A stretch of 29,965 nt of DNA from Candidatus Sigynarchaeum calidifontis (GCA_030587475.2 JAUQYZ020000177.1:1-29965); one strand, 5' to 3'. Positions 1 to 10,873 are shown, numbered from the stretch's first letter. The notes: generated by a model not told the origin, from the sequence alone. Numbers and translations: made by a program.

Positions 1-372
1 GTGATCATGTACGCCGACACGATGACCCGGTCCATGAAGGCGGCCATCGACGAGACCAACCGCCGGCGCAAGATGCAAATCGAGTACAACCAGGCCCACG
101 GGATCACGCCAAAAACCATCAAGAAGGCGATCCCCGAGTCCATGTCCGAGGAAATGCAGAAGCAAAAGGAAGACATCGAGAACATCGAGGCGCAGATCGC
201 CGAGAAAGCAAAGTCGCTGGACTCGGAGATCGAGATCGCCGAGCTCATCCGCACGCTCGAGATGCAAATGCTTGAATTTGCCGCTGCACTCAAGTTCGAG
301 CAAGCCGCCTACTTGCGCGACAAGATCCGCGATTTAAAGGCCACTTATCTCGGCCAAGGCAAGAAAAAGTGA
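1..372 (+). CDS. uvrB: Excinuclease ABC subunit B, C-terminal part (5'-truncated by window edge)
   Basis: YAD-x-MT-x-SM...AIDETNRRR...Q..YN..HGITPKTI is the conserved UvrB C-terminal segment, followed by a UVR coiled coil (LEMQMLEFAAALKFEQAAYLRDKIRDL). uvrA lies downstream. Confidence 0.96.
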   Translation: MIMYADTMTRSMKAAIDETNRRRKMQIEYNQAHGITPKTIKKAIPESMSEEMQKQKEDIENIEAQIAEKAKSLDSEIEIAELIRTLEMQMLEFAAALKFEQAAYLRDKIRDLKATYLGQGKKK

Positions 373-402
373 GGGGCGATCGAAACGAGGAAATGCCCGC
401 CC

Positions 403-1476
403 GTGCTCGGCGCAAAGAGCCCCGTCGTGCTCAACCTCATGATCACGAGCGTGTGCAACCTGGCGTGCCAGCACTGCTACGTCAGCAGCTGCCCCGATCC
501 CGCCAGGGCCGGGTACATGAAGCCCGCCCAGCTCGAATTCATCTTGAAGTCGATGGAAAAGGAAAATGTCGAGCTCGTTCATGTCTTCGGCGGGGAGCCG
601 TTCTTGCATCCCGACATCCGTGACATCGTCGAGATGTGCACGGCCTTTTGCAGCCACGTCAACATCGCGACGAATGGAACGCGCATCGACGAGCACGTTC
701 CCTGGCTCGCGAAGAACCACGTGTCCTTGTCCGTCAACCTCGTCGGCAACGACCCGCGGCTGGTCGACATCATCGGTTGCAAGTTCCCGCTCGAATCGAC
801 CGTGGCGAGTGTCAAGGTGGCAAGGCAAGCCGGCATCCCCGTGAATGGCATCGTGTGCCCTTTCCCCGTCGAGCCGACCCCCGGCACGAACGCGGCGTTC
901 TACGCATCGTACCTCCACGGCATGCACGATGCCACGGGCATCGATGATTTCTTTATCCTCTATTTTTCTCGCCTGGGTCGCGGGAAAGAAACCTGGAAAC
1001 GAATAAACACCAGCATGTTCGAGCCGGAAGGTTGGCTTTCGTTTTTGAGCGCGCTTAAATTTTCGCTCCAGATGGAGCGCGAACCATTTAACGTGTATTG
1101 CGAGCCCGCGTTCGAGAACAGCATCTTCACCATGCTCCCGCCCCCGCCCGTCCAGTGCGAGATGATCGTGCAAGCAAACGTGGTCATCAAGCATGATATG
1201 ACCGCGTACCCGTGCGTGCTTTTTCTTGGCATGGATGATCCGCAATTCGCGGTCAAGTTCGATGGCGACGTGAACAAGCTCTGGGCTGCGTTCAACGACA
1301 TCCAGTCCCGCGCAATCACCCGTCACGCCAATACTTGCAAGCATTGCTCCACGATGCCATATTGTGGCCCGTGCGTCCCCTACATCCAAGACGCGCTCAA
1401 GGATTACCGATGTAAAGGCAACACGGGCAAGGAGATCCCTGTCGGCTGCCCCTTGGCCACTGTCAGGCTATACTGA
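403..1476 (+). CDS. Radical SAM protein with C-terminal SPASM (auxiliary Fe-S) domain
   Basis: CNLACQHC (CxxxCxxC), GGEP and TNG motifs. SPASM-like cysteines: C...AYPC and CKHC-x5-C-x2-C...C. GTG start is not certain. Confidence 0.9.
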   Translation: MLGAKSPVVLNLMITSVCNLACQHCYVSSCPDPARAGYMKPAQLEFILKSMEKENVELVHVFGGEPFLHPDIRDIVEMCTAFCSHVNIATNGTRIDEHVPWLAKNHVSLSVNLVGNDPRLVDIIGCKFPLESTVASVKVARQAGIPVNGIVCPFPVEPTPGTNAAFYASYLHGMHDATGIDDFFILYFSRLGRGKETWKRINTSMFEPEGWLSFLSALKFSLQMEREPFNVYCEPAFENSIFTMLPPPPVQCEMIVQANVVIKHDMTAYPCVLFLGMDDPQFAVKFDGDVNKLWAAFNDIQSRAITRHANTCKHCSTMPYCGPCVPYIQDALKDYRCKGNTGKEIPVGCPLATVRLY

Positions 1477-1592
1477 ACGTGCGAAAAAGTGATCCATGCC
1501 GGTTTCACTAATCTCGCCGTCCTCCCCGGCCATTATGAACCTTAACCGAAAGGTACAATTTGCGGGTACCATGCACGAGACGTGAAGAGACC

Positions 1593-4565
1593 ATGGCTGG
1601 AAAGCGGGCCACGCCTCCCAAACGTAACACGCCCGAGACCGGGGCAGCGATCGATGCAATGCAAGCCACGGTGGAGAAGCAAAGCGAGAACGTGGCGAAT
1701 TATAGGGTGTCAGGTAGTGGTTACATTTTCGTGAAAGGCGCGCGCCAGCACAACTTGAAAAACATCGACGTGAAGATCCCGCGTGACAAGCTCGTGATCG
1801 TGACAGGGGTCTCCGGGTCGGGCAAGTCATCCCTTGCCATGGACACTATCTACGCGGAAGGCCAGCGCCGCTATCTCGAATCCCTCTCGACCTACGCCCG
1901 CCAGTTCCTCGGCGAGCTGAACAAGCCCGACGTCGATTTCATCGAGGGCCTCTCGCCGGCCATCGCGATCGAGCAGAAAACCGTCTCGAAAAACCCGCGG
2001 TCGACCGTCGGCACGGTCACCGAGATCAACGATTACTTGCGCCTCTTGTACGCGCACGTCGGCAAGCCCATCTGTCCCAATTGCCACAAGCCCATCACGC
2101 CGCAAACATCCCAGGAGATCATCGAGAAGATCCTCCAGCTCCCGGCGAATGCCAAGATGCAAGTACTCGCGCCCATGGCCCGCCAGAAGAAAGGCACCTA
2201 CCAGGACGAGTTCAAGAAATGGAAATCCCAGGGCTATGTCCGCGTGAAGGTGGACGGCGAGGTCAAGTCGCTCGAGGAACCGATCACGCTGGACAAGAAT
2301 AAAAAACACGACATCGCCATCGTGGTCGACCGGATCGTCATGGCACCTGACATCAAGAAGCGGCTTGCTGACGCTGTCGAAAATGCACTTCGGCTCTCGG
2401 ACGGCTTGGTATTCATCGAGCTTGGTGATGGAAGCGTTCAGGAATTCAGCGAAAAGTTCGCGTGCCCGACATGTGGCATGTCATTCGCCAAGATCGAGCC
2501 GCGCATGTTCTCGTTCAACAACCCGGTCGGCGCTTGCCCCACGTGCTCGGGCCTTGGCTCGTTGCTCACGTTCGACCCCGAGCTCATCATCTCGGAGGTC
2601 GACCAGCCCATCTACCTGTCCGGCCTCCAGAACGTGCCCGGTTTCGGCAACGTGAACTCATACTCGTGGCGCATGATCAAGGAGCTATTCCGCCATTTCA
2701 AGCAAGATTTCGAGGCACCCGTGAACAAGCTTGACAAGAAATTCCTCGAAATCTTGCTCCTTGGCAGTGGCAACGAGAAATTCGAGTTCAACTTCGAGTT
2801 TGGCGGTGGCGCGGACCAGGACTTCCAGTACACGGGCAAGGTCAAGCGCCCGTGGGAGGGCATCTTCAAGACGATCAACCGGCGGTATATGGAGACCAGC
2901 TCGCAAGCGGCCCGCGATTACTACGCGCAATTCATGTCCGAAAAGCTGTGCCCCGATTGCGGCGGGAAACGGTTGCGGCCCGAGAGCTTGTCCGTGCTCG
3001 TCGACGGCAAGAACATCCACGAGCTGTCCGATTTCTCGATCCGCGAGATCATGGAGATCATGGAGAAGCTAGAGCGGACGCTGTCGTCCCAGGAAAAGCA
3101 GATCGTCAAGGACGTGATCAAGGAGATCAAGGGGCGGCTCTCTTTCCTCGTGAACGTGAACCTGGATTACCTCTCGCTGAACCGCATGGCTGGAACGCTG
3201 TCGGGCGGCGAGAGCCAGCGCATCCGGCTCGCGTCGCAGATCGGGTCGTCGCTCGTCGGCGTGCTGTACGTGCTTGACGAGCCAAGCATCGGCTTGCATG
3301 CAAAGGACAAGATGCAGCTCATCAAGATGCTCAAGAAACTCGTTGATTTAGGCAATACCGTGCTGGTTATCGAACATGACGAGGATTTCATGCGCAATTC
3401 GGATCATATACTCGATCTCGGCCCCGGCCCAGGCGTGCACGGCGGCAAGGTCGTGGCACAAGGGACGGTCGAGGAGATCATGGCCGATCCCGCTTCGATC
3501 ACGGGGCGATACCTTTCGGGGAGGGAGTGCATCGAGATCCCGCTCGAGCGACGGAAGGCTGAAGGCGAGTATATCGAGGTAAAAGGGGCCCGGGAGCACA
3601 ATCTCAAGAACATCGACGTGAAATTCCCGCTCGGCGTCTTTTGCGTGGTCACGGGCGTGTCCGGCGCGGGAAAATCATCGCTGGTCAACGAGATCCTCTA
3701 TAAAGCGCTCGCAAAGATCGTCAACAAGGCGAAAGAAACCCCCGGCGATCACGACAGCATCCTCGGTGCCAACCTGATCGACAAGATCATCAACATAGAC
3801 CAGTCTCCCATCGGCCGCACGCCCCGGTCGAACGTGGTTACCTACACGAAGGTGTTCGACGATATCCGGGACATTTTCGCATCGACCCACGAGGCCAAGT
3901 CCCGGGGGTACACCAAGGGGCGCTTCTCGTTCAACGTCAAGGGTGGCCGGTGCGAGAACTGCGGCGGGTCCGGCTTCCTCGAAATCGAGATGCATTTCTT
4001 GCCAAACGTCTATGTCGAGTGCAGCGTGTGCAAGGGCAAACGGTACAACGCCGAAACGCTCGAGGTACGGTATAAGGACAAGACCATCGACCAGGTGCTC
4101 CGCATGACGTGCGAGGAGGCCATGGACTTCTTTACCAACCACCCGAAGATCAAGCAAAAACTCAAGACATTGCTCGATGTTGGGCTTGGATACATGGAAC
4201 TCGGACAGATCGCCCCGACCATGAGCGGCGGCGAGGCGCAGCGCATGAAGCTCGCCAAGGAGCTGTCCAAGCCTGCGACGGGGAAGACTCTCTATATATT
4301 AGACGAGCCAACAACCGGCTTGCATTTCGTCGACATCAAGCGGCTGCTCGCCGTGCTGCAAGAGCTGGTTAACCGGGGCAACACGGTCGTGGTCATCGAG
4401 CACAACCTGGACGTGATCAAGGTCGCTGACTGGGTCATCGACCTCGGCCCAGACGGCGGCGCCAAGGGCGGGTTTCTCGTGGCCGAGGGAACGCCCGAGG
4501 ACGTCGCGCGGAACGAGCGGTCGTACACGGGGCAATATCTGAAAAAAGTCCTTGGAATCAAGTGA
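1593..4565 (+). CDS. uvrA: Excinuclease ABC subunit A
   Basis: [11 protein letters not shown], two Walker A motifs ([18 protein letters not shown]), LSGGE/MSGGE signatures, LDEPS/LDEPT and CxxC zinc modules. ATG 1593 preferred over TTG 1560. Confidence 0.98.
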   Translation: MAGKRATPPKRNTPETGAAIDAMQATVEKQSENVANYRVSGSGYIFVKGARQHNLKNIDVKIPRDKLVIVTGVSGSGKSSLAMDTIYAEGQRRYLESLSTYARQFLGELNKPDVDFIEGLSPAIAIEQKTVSKNPRSTVGTVTEINDYLRLLYAHVGKPICPNCHKPITPQTSQEIIEKILQLPANAKMQVLAPMARQKKGTYQDEFKKWKSQGYVRVKVDGEVKSLEEPITLDKNKKHDIAIVVDRIVMAPDIKKRLADAVENALRLSDGLVFIELGDGSVQEFSEKFACPTCGMSFAKIEPRMFSFNNPVGACPTCSGLGSLLTFDPELIISEVDQPIYLSGLQNVPGFGNVNSYSWRMIKELFRHFKQDFEAPVNKLDKKFLEILLLGSGNEKFEFNFEFGGGADQDFQYTGKVKRPWEGIFKTINRRYMETSSQAARDYYAQFMSEKLCPDCGGKRLRPESLSVLVDGKNIHELSDFSIREIMEIMEKLERTLSSQEKQIVKDVIKEIKGRLSFLVNVNLDYLSLNRMAGTLSGGESQRIRLASQIGSSLVGVLYVLDEPSIGLHAKDKMQLIKMLKKLVDLGNTVLVIEHDEDFMRNSDHILDLGPGPGVHGGKVVAQGTVEEIMADPASITGRYLSGRECIEIPLERRKAEGEYIEVKGAREHNLKNIDVKFPLGVFCVVTGVSGAGKSSLVNEILYKALAKIVNKAKETPGDHDSILGANLIDKIINIDQSPIGRTPRSNVVTYTKVFDDIRDIFASTHEAKSRGYTKGRFSFNVKGGRCENCGGSGFLEIEMHFLPNVYVECSVCKGKRYNAETLEVRYKDKTIDQVLRMTCEEAMDFFTNHPKIKQKLKTLLDVGLGYMELGQIAPTMSGGEAQRMKLAKELSKPATGKTLYILDEPTTGLHFVDIKRLLAVLQELVNRGNTVVVIEHNLDVIKVADWVIDLGPDGGAKGGFLVAEGTPEDVARNERSYTGQYLKKVLGIK

Positions 4566-4582
4566 ATTTTCGAAAAAGTTGA

Positions 4583-5593
4583 TTATTTCGATATTTCTAT
4601 CATGTCCGTGAGCACGGCGGCCGCTGCCTCCATCCCGCCCGCGCCGCGGCCGATGATCGTGATGTCTTTAGCCAGTTCAGTCACGAACTTGTAGGCATTG
4701 AGCGTGCCCGTGATTGCAGCGCCCATTGGCGAATTCTTGGGGACGAGCTTGGGACGCACTTCAAGGTTGCCCTTCTCGTCGGCGATGCCCAGGCTCTTGA
4801 TCACGAAGCCCTCCTTGTCGGCCATCGTGATGGCATCTAGCGTGATGTGTTCGATACCTTCGGTCTTGACATCGTGGATGGTCTTTTTCAAGCCCATGGC
4901 GGTGTTCGCCAGGATGACGAGCTTGCCCGCGGCATCGTGGCCACCGATGTCGAGCGTCGGGTCGGATTCCGCGTAGCCGCGCTCTTGCGCCTCCTTCAAG
5001 GCAACATCGAAGTCCATCCATTCGGTCGCCATGCGATAGAGGATGTAGTTCGAGGTGCCGTTGAGGATAGCCTCGATGCGGGTAACTACATTGCCATTGA
5101 GGCCCGACTTGGCGACGTGGATCACGGGGATGGCGCTGCCGACCGTGGCCTCGTACCCGATCTGCTTGCCGTTCTGCCTTGCCAAGCTCATGACATCATC
5201 GAAGAAGAGCATGAGCGGCCCCTTGTTCGACGTGACCACGTGCTTGCCTGACACCAGCGCCTTGCGAAAATGCGTGATGGCCGGCTCCCCGTTCTTGATG
5301 TTCGTGGGGGTCATGTCCACGTAAATGTCGAAAGATTGGCGCTCGATCTCGTCCGTGGCTACCTTGCCTGCTTGCCACTCGGGCAGGGCCCGGATATTCT
5401 GCGCGCCGGCAATTTTACTGATATCGAGCCCCTTGGGCGAGTGGAGCATGCCATCAAACTCGTAAATGCTCACGAGGGAGAACTCGAGCCCGAACTTATC
5501 AGCGATGTGTTTTTTCTTTGCCTTCAAGGCCTGGACGAGGGCTTTGCCGACGACGCCATAACCGGCCATCCCGAACTTGACGATCTTCACCAT
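4583..5593 (-). CDS. hom: Homoserine dehydrogenase
   Basis: GYGVVG Rossmann motif, HVVTSNKGP, YEATVGSAIP, ILNGTSNYIL, GYAESDPTLDIGGHDAAGK, GRGAGG. ATG 5593 has GGAG 6 nt upstream; alternative GTG start at 5605. Confidence 0.95.
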   Translation of the reverse strand: MVKIVKFGMAGYGVVGKALVQALKAKKKHIADKFGLEFSLVSIYEFDGMLHSPKGLDISKIAGAQNIRALPEWQAGKVATDEIERQSFDIYVDMTPTNIKNGEPAITHFRKALVSGKHVVTSNKGPLMLFFDDVMSLARQNGKQIGYEATVGSAIPVIHVAKSGLNGNVVTRIEAILNGTSNYILYRMATEWMDFDVALKEAQERGYAESDPTLDIGGHDAAGKLVILANTAMGLKKTIHDVKTEGIEHITLDAITMADKEGFVIKSLGIADEKGNLEVRPKLVPKNSPMGAAITGTLNAYKFVTELAKDITIIGRGAGGMEAAAAVLTDMIEISK

Positions 5594-5611
5594 GATGCGC
5601 TCCACTCCACC

Positions 5612-6151
5612 TCAAGACGTGATGTACTTGAGGCCTTTCTCTTTACAGATGGACGCGACCTTGGCCATCAAGACATCGTGGATCTTGTCCTTCTCGTACT
5701 CGAGCTTGAACATGACCGTCGATTTCTGGTTTTCACTGTCGATGGCGGCTTGCATGTCGGCTATGCGAGCGCCGGTTGACGTTATTTGCACGATGGAATC
5801 CTGGATGTCGGTTTCGAAAATGGGTCCGAGTAGCAGAACGTGATCTGTTCTCGTGGTCTCGATTGTTTCGATGCTGATGTTGAGTACCTGGATCTTGTCC
5901 TTAGCCAAATCCGCCTTGATCTTGTCGATCCGCTTCTTTTTTTCATCCTCAGACATAGATGGGTCGAAAGTAAACGTGATCTCGACGGGAACTGACCCCG
6001 CAGCCACGTTCTTGTCACTATCGCGGCTGTGGTCATGGAAGACGCCTTGAATATTGGCATTGTGATCAGACAAAGGCTTAAGGATGCGGATCAGCTCGCC
6101 AGGCTGGTCGCGTGCCAGGACCGTGAGGCGAACGAGCGCGGCTTCTTCCAT
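5612..6151 (-). CDS. ACT-domain protein, archaeal allosteric regulator of homoserine dehydrogenase type
   Basis: RDQPGELIRILKPLSDHNANIQGVFH is an ACT motif, with a second ACT-like half (LLGPIFETDIQDSI). It sits directly upstream of hom, the usual archaeal arrangement. Start placed at MEEAAL (6151) rather than 6256. Confidence 0.85.
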   Translation of the reverse strand: MEEAALVRLTVLARDQPGELIRILKPLSDHNANIQGVFHDHSRDSDKNVAAGSVPVEITFTFDPSMSEDEKKKRIDKIKADLAKDKIQVLNISIETIETTRTDHVLLLGPIFETDIQDSIVQITSTGARIADMQAAIDSENQKSTVMFKLEYEKDKIHDVLMAKVASICKEKGLKYITS

Positions 6152-6270
6152 CGAGCATACCTTCTTCGGTGATACGAGAAATAATGCCGGGCCGGTACAA
6201 AAAGGCAGTGGCACGATTCGCTGGTGGAGGCGAGTCGATACCATTCCCTTCACCATGGAATGTTTTTATT

Positions 6271-6279
6271 GTATTTAAG
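6271..6279 (+). promoter_or_regulatory. TATA-box-like element
   Basis: GTATTTAAG ends 27 nt before GTG 6306, in an AT-rich divergent intergenic region. Confidence 0.5.
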
Positions 6280-6305
6280 CGGAACGGAGGATATTCTGAT
6301 AGCTT

Positions 6306-8927
6306 GTGATGATGACGATTATGGCCGAATACGAACAGCTGTACAACAAAATGCACCGGACAAAGATCTCGATAGCCATCACGGCGAGTCTCTTGATCGG
6401 GTCGTGTTTTTTGGCGATATTCATGGGCGGGTACAAGATAACGCCAGGGCTTTTGATTGCATCGTATAAAGACTACCAGAACTTTCACGTGCCCGTTCCA
6501 GCTCGAGATGGCGGGCCATGCCGGATCATCGCGTACACGCCACGCGAGATCATCCTGTATAGTGGCGAAAAGCCAGAGGGCTCGAATGATCTCGCATCGG
6601 TGATCGTGTTCGATATGAAAACGGGGAAACAATCATGGAAACTTGATGGACCCGAGCCGTTGATAAATGTAGGCCTTGTCGAAAACGTGAACGAGTGGTA
6701 CAACGGAAATACTAACGATCCGGTGCTACTCGTTCAATTTGCCAAAGTGGAAGCCATAGAAACCACGTATGTGGAGTGGATTGACAAGTCGTTGCGGTTC
6801 CGGAACGAGACGGGGACGTACCGCACGTTCACGTGGAACCTCGGCACCCCCACCTTCGCGGGGAGCGTGAACGAGATCACGGGAACCATCGGCACGGGTG
6901 GCCGGGCCATTGGGGTTATCCGCCTCCCGTACGATCCATTGGATGATCTCGCGGATTACATCATCGTGACCACGAATCGTACCTGGCAAACAGAAACGAT
7001 GCGTGTTCCCATCGGGAGTGGTGAGGTTGTCTTGTACACGATGTATGCGATGCACGCGAACGGGTCGCTCTCGTGGCAGATTAACTCCACCACGAGTGGC
7101 TCGATCCTTGCGACCGGGAGTAACACGTATTGGAACAATATCCATGGATTTGCCTTCAATGCCTCGCATTTCATCATCCAGCTGCCTGGTACAGCGATAG
7201 GGATGGCAAGCATCAAGACGGGTGATAAAGCATGGACCGCAAACCACATCAGAGAAATCATCGAATTCCCGCGTGATTATTCGGGCGATGCCATCCCGGA
7301 TCTCGTTTGCTTCAATGACACGAGCGCGATCACGTGCATCAACGGGCGGAACGGCAGCATGGTCGCCAACTTCACCGCGATCCCCCTCGGCAACGCGGAA
7401 GGCAATTCAGCTCGCATGGCTTCTCGGTTTGGAATACCTTTTGATTTATTCTTGGCATGGGATGACAGCACGAACCAAACGCTGGCATACCGCCACGACA
7501 CGACTGGCGTCTCGTTGCTCTGGGCGATCGATCACGGCGATTATAAATGGTATAATTGGAGGGATACGTGGGAAACGGTTTTCTACTACACGGGCCAGCA
7601 GATTCTACGCATCCATGTCGGGATTGAAGGTACGAACGATAACTATCACAAGATCATCGATTGCAACACCGGGACGACCATCTGCGACGTGGATAATTTA
7701 TGGGGTGACGCGATCGCCGGGTATTTCTTTGACGAATGGGCGGGGCCAGAATTGTTGGGCGTGAGCGTCGAAAATGGCTATTATGTCAGGGCACCATTGG
7801 AAAAAGCCAAGGCGATGTTCGAGCTGGATTCCACGAATGCTATCTTGTTCTTCTCGGCGATGATCGTGGGCGTCGTGTCTGGCCTGCTCCTCATCGGGGC
7901 GAAACGGGTGCATTCCCGCCTTTCTCGCCAGGAAGAGGCCATCCAGCCTGAATTGGTGGCGAAAACGCCCGAGGTCACAACGACGCGCGCGACCACCAAA
8001 ACGCTGCGGGGCCTCAGCATCGCCATGTTACTCGTGATGCTAGCCGCAACCATCGTGTTCATCGTGTTTGTCATTATAATCGGGATGGGTGAAAACTATT
8101 ACAACAGCGAGAATTATCACGCCATCCGGAACTCTTATCTCACGATCTCCATCACGTTCGTTTCCTTGCCCGTCATCGCCATCTTGTATAACCACTTCTC
8201 GCCGACATCGGCAATGCTCTACATCAAGATCCAGCGGTTCTTTTACAGGTTACAAAAGAAAAGGAAAGAATACAAGGTGGTTGTTCTCGACCTTTCAAAA
8301 TACGGGAAAAAGCATTCAATCGCCTTGGTCATGTCCCGTTCGCTGTTCCCCTTGCTAGTATCGCTCACGCTCGGGCTCACGGTATTCGGCACCTTCGCCT
8401 CGGAAACGACCGGGTTAAGCGGGACCACGGGTAGCATGAACATGGTCTGGCTCGCGGAATTCGAACTCCTAGCCGGGTTAACGTTCATCGCGTCCTACTT
8501 GCTCTTGATATTTATCAGTCCTGGTGGCTGGCTGCTCGACGATTGCGGCGTCGTGTACTTCGAGCAACCGAGGGACGTGATACACCCGGGCGACATCTCC
8601 AAGATTTCGGACTGGTTGACCAGCTGGTTGAAAGGACTGTTCGGAATCACGGCGCTGATCAACTACTACCAGCTCTTCGCGGGCACCGATTTCTTGTCGC
8701 TGGTCGATATGGAGGACCCGTTAATGGGCATGTTGCTTCTCGTGTTCGTTTTGATGATCATGCTCGTGTTCACGCCCATCCTCTACGGGCTCATCGCGAT
8801 GTTCTCCGCCAACGCGTCGATGATCGACGACCTCGAGTTTAACCGCAAAAAGCTGTTCGACAAGCTGCGAAAGGCGGGTATCGACGTGACACCGAGGCGG
8901 TTAAAGGATTTTTTCGAAAGAGGCTAG
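6306..8927 (+). CDS. Large membrane protein: N-terminal anchor, probable extracellular beta-propeller (PQQ-like/FG-GAP-like repeats) and C-terminal ~7-helix membrane domain
   Basis: Repeated D/N-x-x-TG...W blade motifs (FDMKTGKQSW, ASIKTGDKAW, IDCNTGTTI), a DYSGDAIPDLV Ca-loop, many N-x-S/T sequons and about 7 hydrophobic segments after residue ~510. The exact start among the 6306-6351 codons is uncertain. Confidence 0.7.
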   Translation: MMMTIMAEYEQLYNKMHRTKISIAITASLLIGSCFLAIFMGGYKITPGLLIASYKDYQNFHVPVPARDGGPCRIIAYTPREIILYSGEKPEGSNDLASVIVFDMKTGKQSWKLDGPEPLINVGLVENVNEWYNGNTNDPVLLVQFAKVEAIETTYVEWIDKSLRFRNETGTYRTFTWNLGTPTFAGSVNEITGTIGTGGRAIGVIRLPYDPLDDLADYIIVTTNRTWQTETMRVPIGSGEVVLYTMYAMHANGSLSWQINSTTSGSILATGSNTYWNNIHGFAFNASHFIIQLPGTAIGMASIKTGDKAWTANHIREIIEFPRDYSGDAIPDLVCFNDTSAITCINGRNGSMVANFTAIPLGNAEGNSARMASRFGIPFDLFLAWDDSTNQTLAYRHDTTGVSLLWAIDHGDYKWYNWRDTWETVFYYTGQQILRIHVGIEGTNDNYHKIIDCNTGTTICDVDNLWGDAIAGYFFDEWAGPELLGVSVENGYYVRAPLEKAKAMFELDSTNAILFFSAMIVGVVSGLLLIGAKRVHSRLSRQEEAIQPELVAKTPEVTTTRATTKTLRGLSIAMLLVMLAATIVFIVFVIIIGMGENYYNSENYHAIRNSYLTISITFVSLPVIAILYNHFSPTSAMLYIKIQRFFYRLQKKRKEYKVVVLDLSKYGKKHSIALVMSRSLFPLLVSLTLGLTVFGTFASETTGLSGTTGSMNMVWLAEFELLAGLTFIASYLLLIFISPGGWLLDDCGVVYFEQPRDVIHPGDISKISDWLTSWLKGLFGITALINYYQLFAGTDFLSLVDMEDPLMGMLLLVFVLMIMLVFTPILYGLIAMFSANASMIDDLEFNRKKLFDKLRKAGIDVTPRRLKDFFERG

Positions 8928-8929
8928 GA

Positions 8930-8960
8930 TCTTATCCTTTTTCTTTCATTCTATTCTATT
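8930..8960 (+). terminator. T-rich archaeal-type terminator region between convergent genes
   Basis: tcttatccttttctttcattctattctatt follows the TAG at 8927. Confidence 0.4.
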
Positions 8961-8964
8961 CGGC

Positions 8965-10866
8965 CTATTCCTTCGTGATGTGCTGGTCGCGGAGCGCCAT
9001 GAGCTCGGCTATTTCCTTCTGCGCGGCATCCTCGTTCGTGATCGGAAACCGGCCATGTAGCGGGGAGATCTTCGCAAACACCTTCGCAGCGAGATACGTG
9101 GGTTTTACCAGGAACTTGGACGGGCCAGCGAGCTCGACGCCCTTGCGGAATTCCTCCAGCGTGTTCGTGTCCCATCCACCCGCGAGCGAGTAGAAAATCT
9201 GGTAGACGATCGAGTTCCCCATGAAAAGCAAGAAGACCAAGATGACGAGGAAACCCCACGCCGTGATGGCCTCGATGATCGGCGCCATGGCGAGCCAGAC
9301 GAGAAATGAAAAACCTGCCATTCCAGCTTGCGTGATGAGGGGCGCGGCGGCGATCTGCCACAGCGCGGCCTTGAACCGGGGCGTGATGCGCTTGAGCATG
9401 TAGAACCACTTGATGATGCTGAAGATGATGTTGGGGATCCAGTTCATGAGGATGAGCGACAGCCATCCGAGCTTGAAATAGACGAGAAAGAGCCACGAGA
9501 AGAAAAAATTGACGAAGGGGCTAACGATGCTGAAGACCATCAAGGCATTGCGCCGCGTGGCGATCACGAGCATCTGATTGGGAAGGAACCAGATCTTGTT
9601 CGTGATGTTGATGATGATGCTGATCGGGAGAATGACGAGCGCGGGCAGGTAGTTCTGGATGTTGGCACCAGGGAACATCTTGATCGCCTGGTTCAATACG
9701 GTCGGGAGCAAGATGATGACGGGAATGAGGTTGACCGTGACGTTCATGATGTCATACTTGAGGATCTTGTTCATGTAGTTGTGCGTGAGCTCGATCTTGC
9801 CATTGTTGTAGGCCTCCGATACCGTGGCAGTCGCCTTGTTGCTGCCGCCCGGCGCGGCCAAGTTAGCGACCGTGCCCGAGAAGCTGATCAAGCCCTTCCA
9901 ACTCGCGTACGAGGTGACCCACTGCGTGATCCAGATAGTCGTGACCATGCCCATGAAGCCGAGAAGCGTGTCGATGATCTGCAATGGGCCGATAAATGCT
10001 AGGATCTCCTTTACTTCTTTCCAGTTGAACTCGATGCGAAAGAAATCGCGGAATTTATGCTTGATTTTGAATTTGTCGAGCACCCGCTTGCTGAACAGCC
10101 GCGCGCCGAAGATCATGCCGTAAATATCCGCGACGTAGATCGACGTGAGGAACCCGATCGTGATGCCCATGACCTCGCCGATGGCAGGATTCGTGCCGCC
10201 GATGTACTTGCCGAGAAATACACAGATGATCGTCGCGATCGGGGCAAATACCGCATCTCGGACGCTCGTGACGAGGGAGTGCATGTCGTAACGCTGGTAA
10301 CATTGAAAAAGCGACTCGAAAATCTGCAACATGCCTGGAAACTGAACAAACGAATAGAAGATGATGAAATACGCCATGTGTGCAAGTGTCGTATTAGCGA
10401 GAACGAAGAAACAATACAATCCGACAACGGTTACTTGGATGAGTCCGGTAAACATCTGCCAGGCACAGAAGAACTGGATCTGGTGGATAGCTTTCTCCGG
10501 ATGGATCTCCGCGTGTTCCGCCACGAATCTTTGCATCTTGTCACTGAAATAGCCCTGCGAGCCTGCTAGCCCGATATCCATCACGCCGAAGAAAAACCCG
10601 AGCAGCGACTTGGTGAGGTCCTGGTAGCCGGTCACTTCAGGGCCTGGCAAGAACAATTCCGTGACGACGCTGAAGAGCAAGAGGCTTACCGGCAACACGA
10701 TCAGCGAAAGGATGCGGTCGTAGAACTGTCCGCCAAGCACCCGGTGATAGCCGATGCTTCCCCACATCTCGATTTTTCGCTTTTCCTCCTCCTTCTGCTT
10801 CCGTTTGAACTCGTTAAACCTCGCCAGCAACCCGAATTGCTTCTTCTCCGGCGTCGATTTCTTCAT
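8965..10866 (-). CDS. Polytopic membrane protein, probable MOP-superfamily (Wzx/MATE-like) flippase
   Basis: 633 aa with about 12-14 hydrophobic helices. Segments such as FFGVMDIG..., RFVAEH and TVSEAYNNGK resemble polysaccharide-flippase halves. Confidence 0.55.
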   Translation of the reverse strand: MKKSTPEKKQFGLLARFNEFKRKQKEEEKRKIEMWGSIGYHRVLGGQFYDRILSLIVLPVSLLLFSVVTELFLPGPEVTGYQDLTKSLLGFFFGVMDIGLAGSQGYFSDKMQRFVAEHAEIHPEKAIHQIQFFCAWQMFTGLIQVTVVGLYCFFVLANTTLAHMAYFIIFYSFVQFPGMLQIFESLFQCYQRYDMHSLVTSVRDAVFAPIATIICVFLGKYIGGTNPAIGEVMGITIGFLTSIYVADIYGMIFGARLFSKRVLDKFKIKHKFRDFFRIEFNWKEVKEILAFIGPLQIIDTLLGFMGMVTTIWITQWVTSYASWKGLISFSGTVANLAAPGGSNKATATVSEAYNNGKIELTHNYMNKILKYDIMNVTVNLIPVIILLPTVLNQAIKMFPGANIQNYLPALVILPISIIINITNKIWFLPNQMLVIATRRNALMVFSIVSPFVNFFFSWLFLVYFKLGWLSLILMNWIPNIIFSIIKWFYMLKRITPRFKAALWQIAAAPLITQAGMAGFSFLVWLAMAPIIEAITAWGFLVILVFLLFMGNSIVYQIFYSLAGGWDTNTLEEFRKGVELAGPSKFLVKPTYLAAKVFAKISPLHGRFPITNEDAAQKEIAELMALRDQHITKE

Positions 10867-10873
10867 GATGATA

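Noticed and set aside
370-402. uvrB and the radical SAM ORF are in the same frame separated by one TGA (possible selenocysteine or readthrough fusion)
   Set aside because: UvrB ends at its normal position after the UVR domain, the TGA is not at a catalytic Cys-like site, same-frame neighbours occur one time in three, and no convincing SECIS was found.
334-1389. 351-aa antisense ORF over the radical SAM gene
   Set aside because: Shadow ORF from GC-rich codon bias; no recognisable motifs.
1530-1590. ATGA...AAA...GA pattern with small hairpins (ACC-GAAA-GGT; GGTAC/GTACC) resembling a eukaryote-like SECIS
   Set aside because: The required ~11-bp helix above the core does not pair, and the hairpins are short enough to arise by chance.
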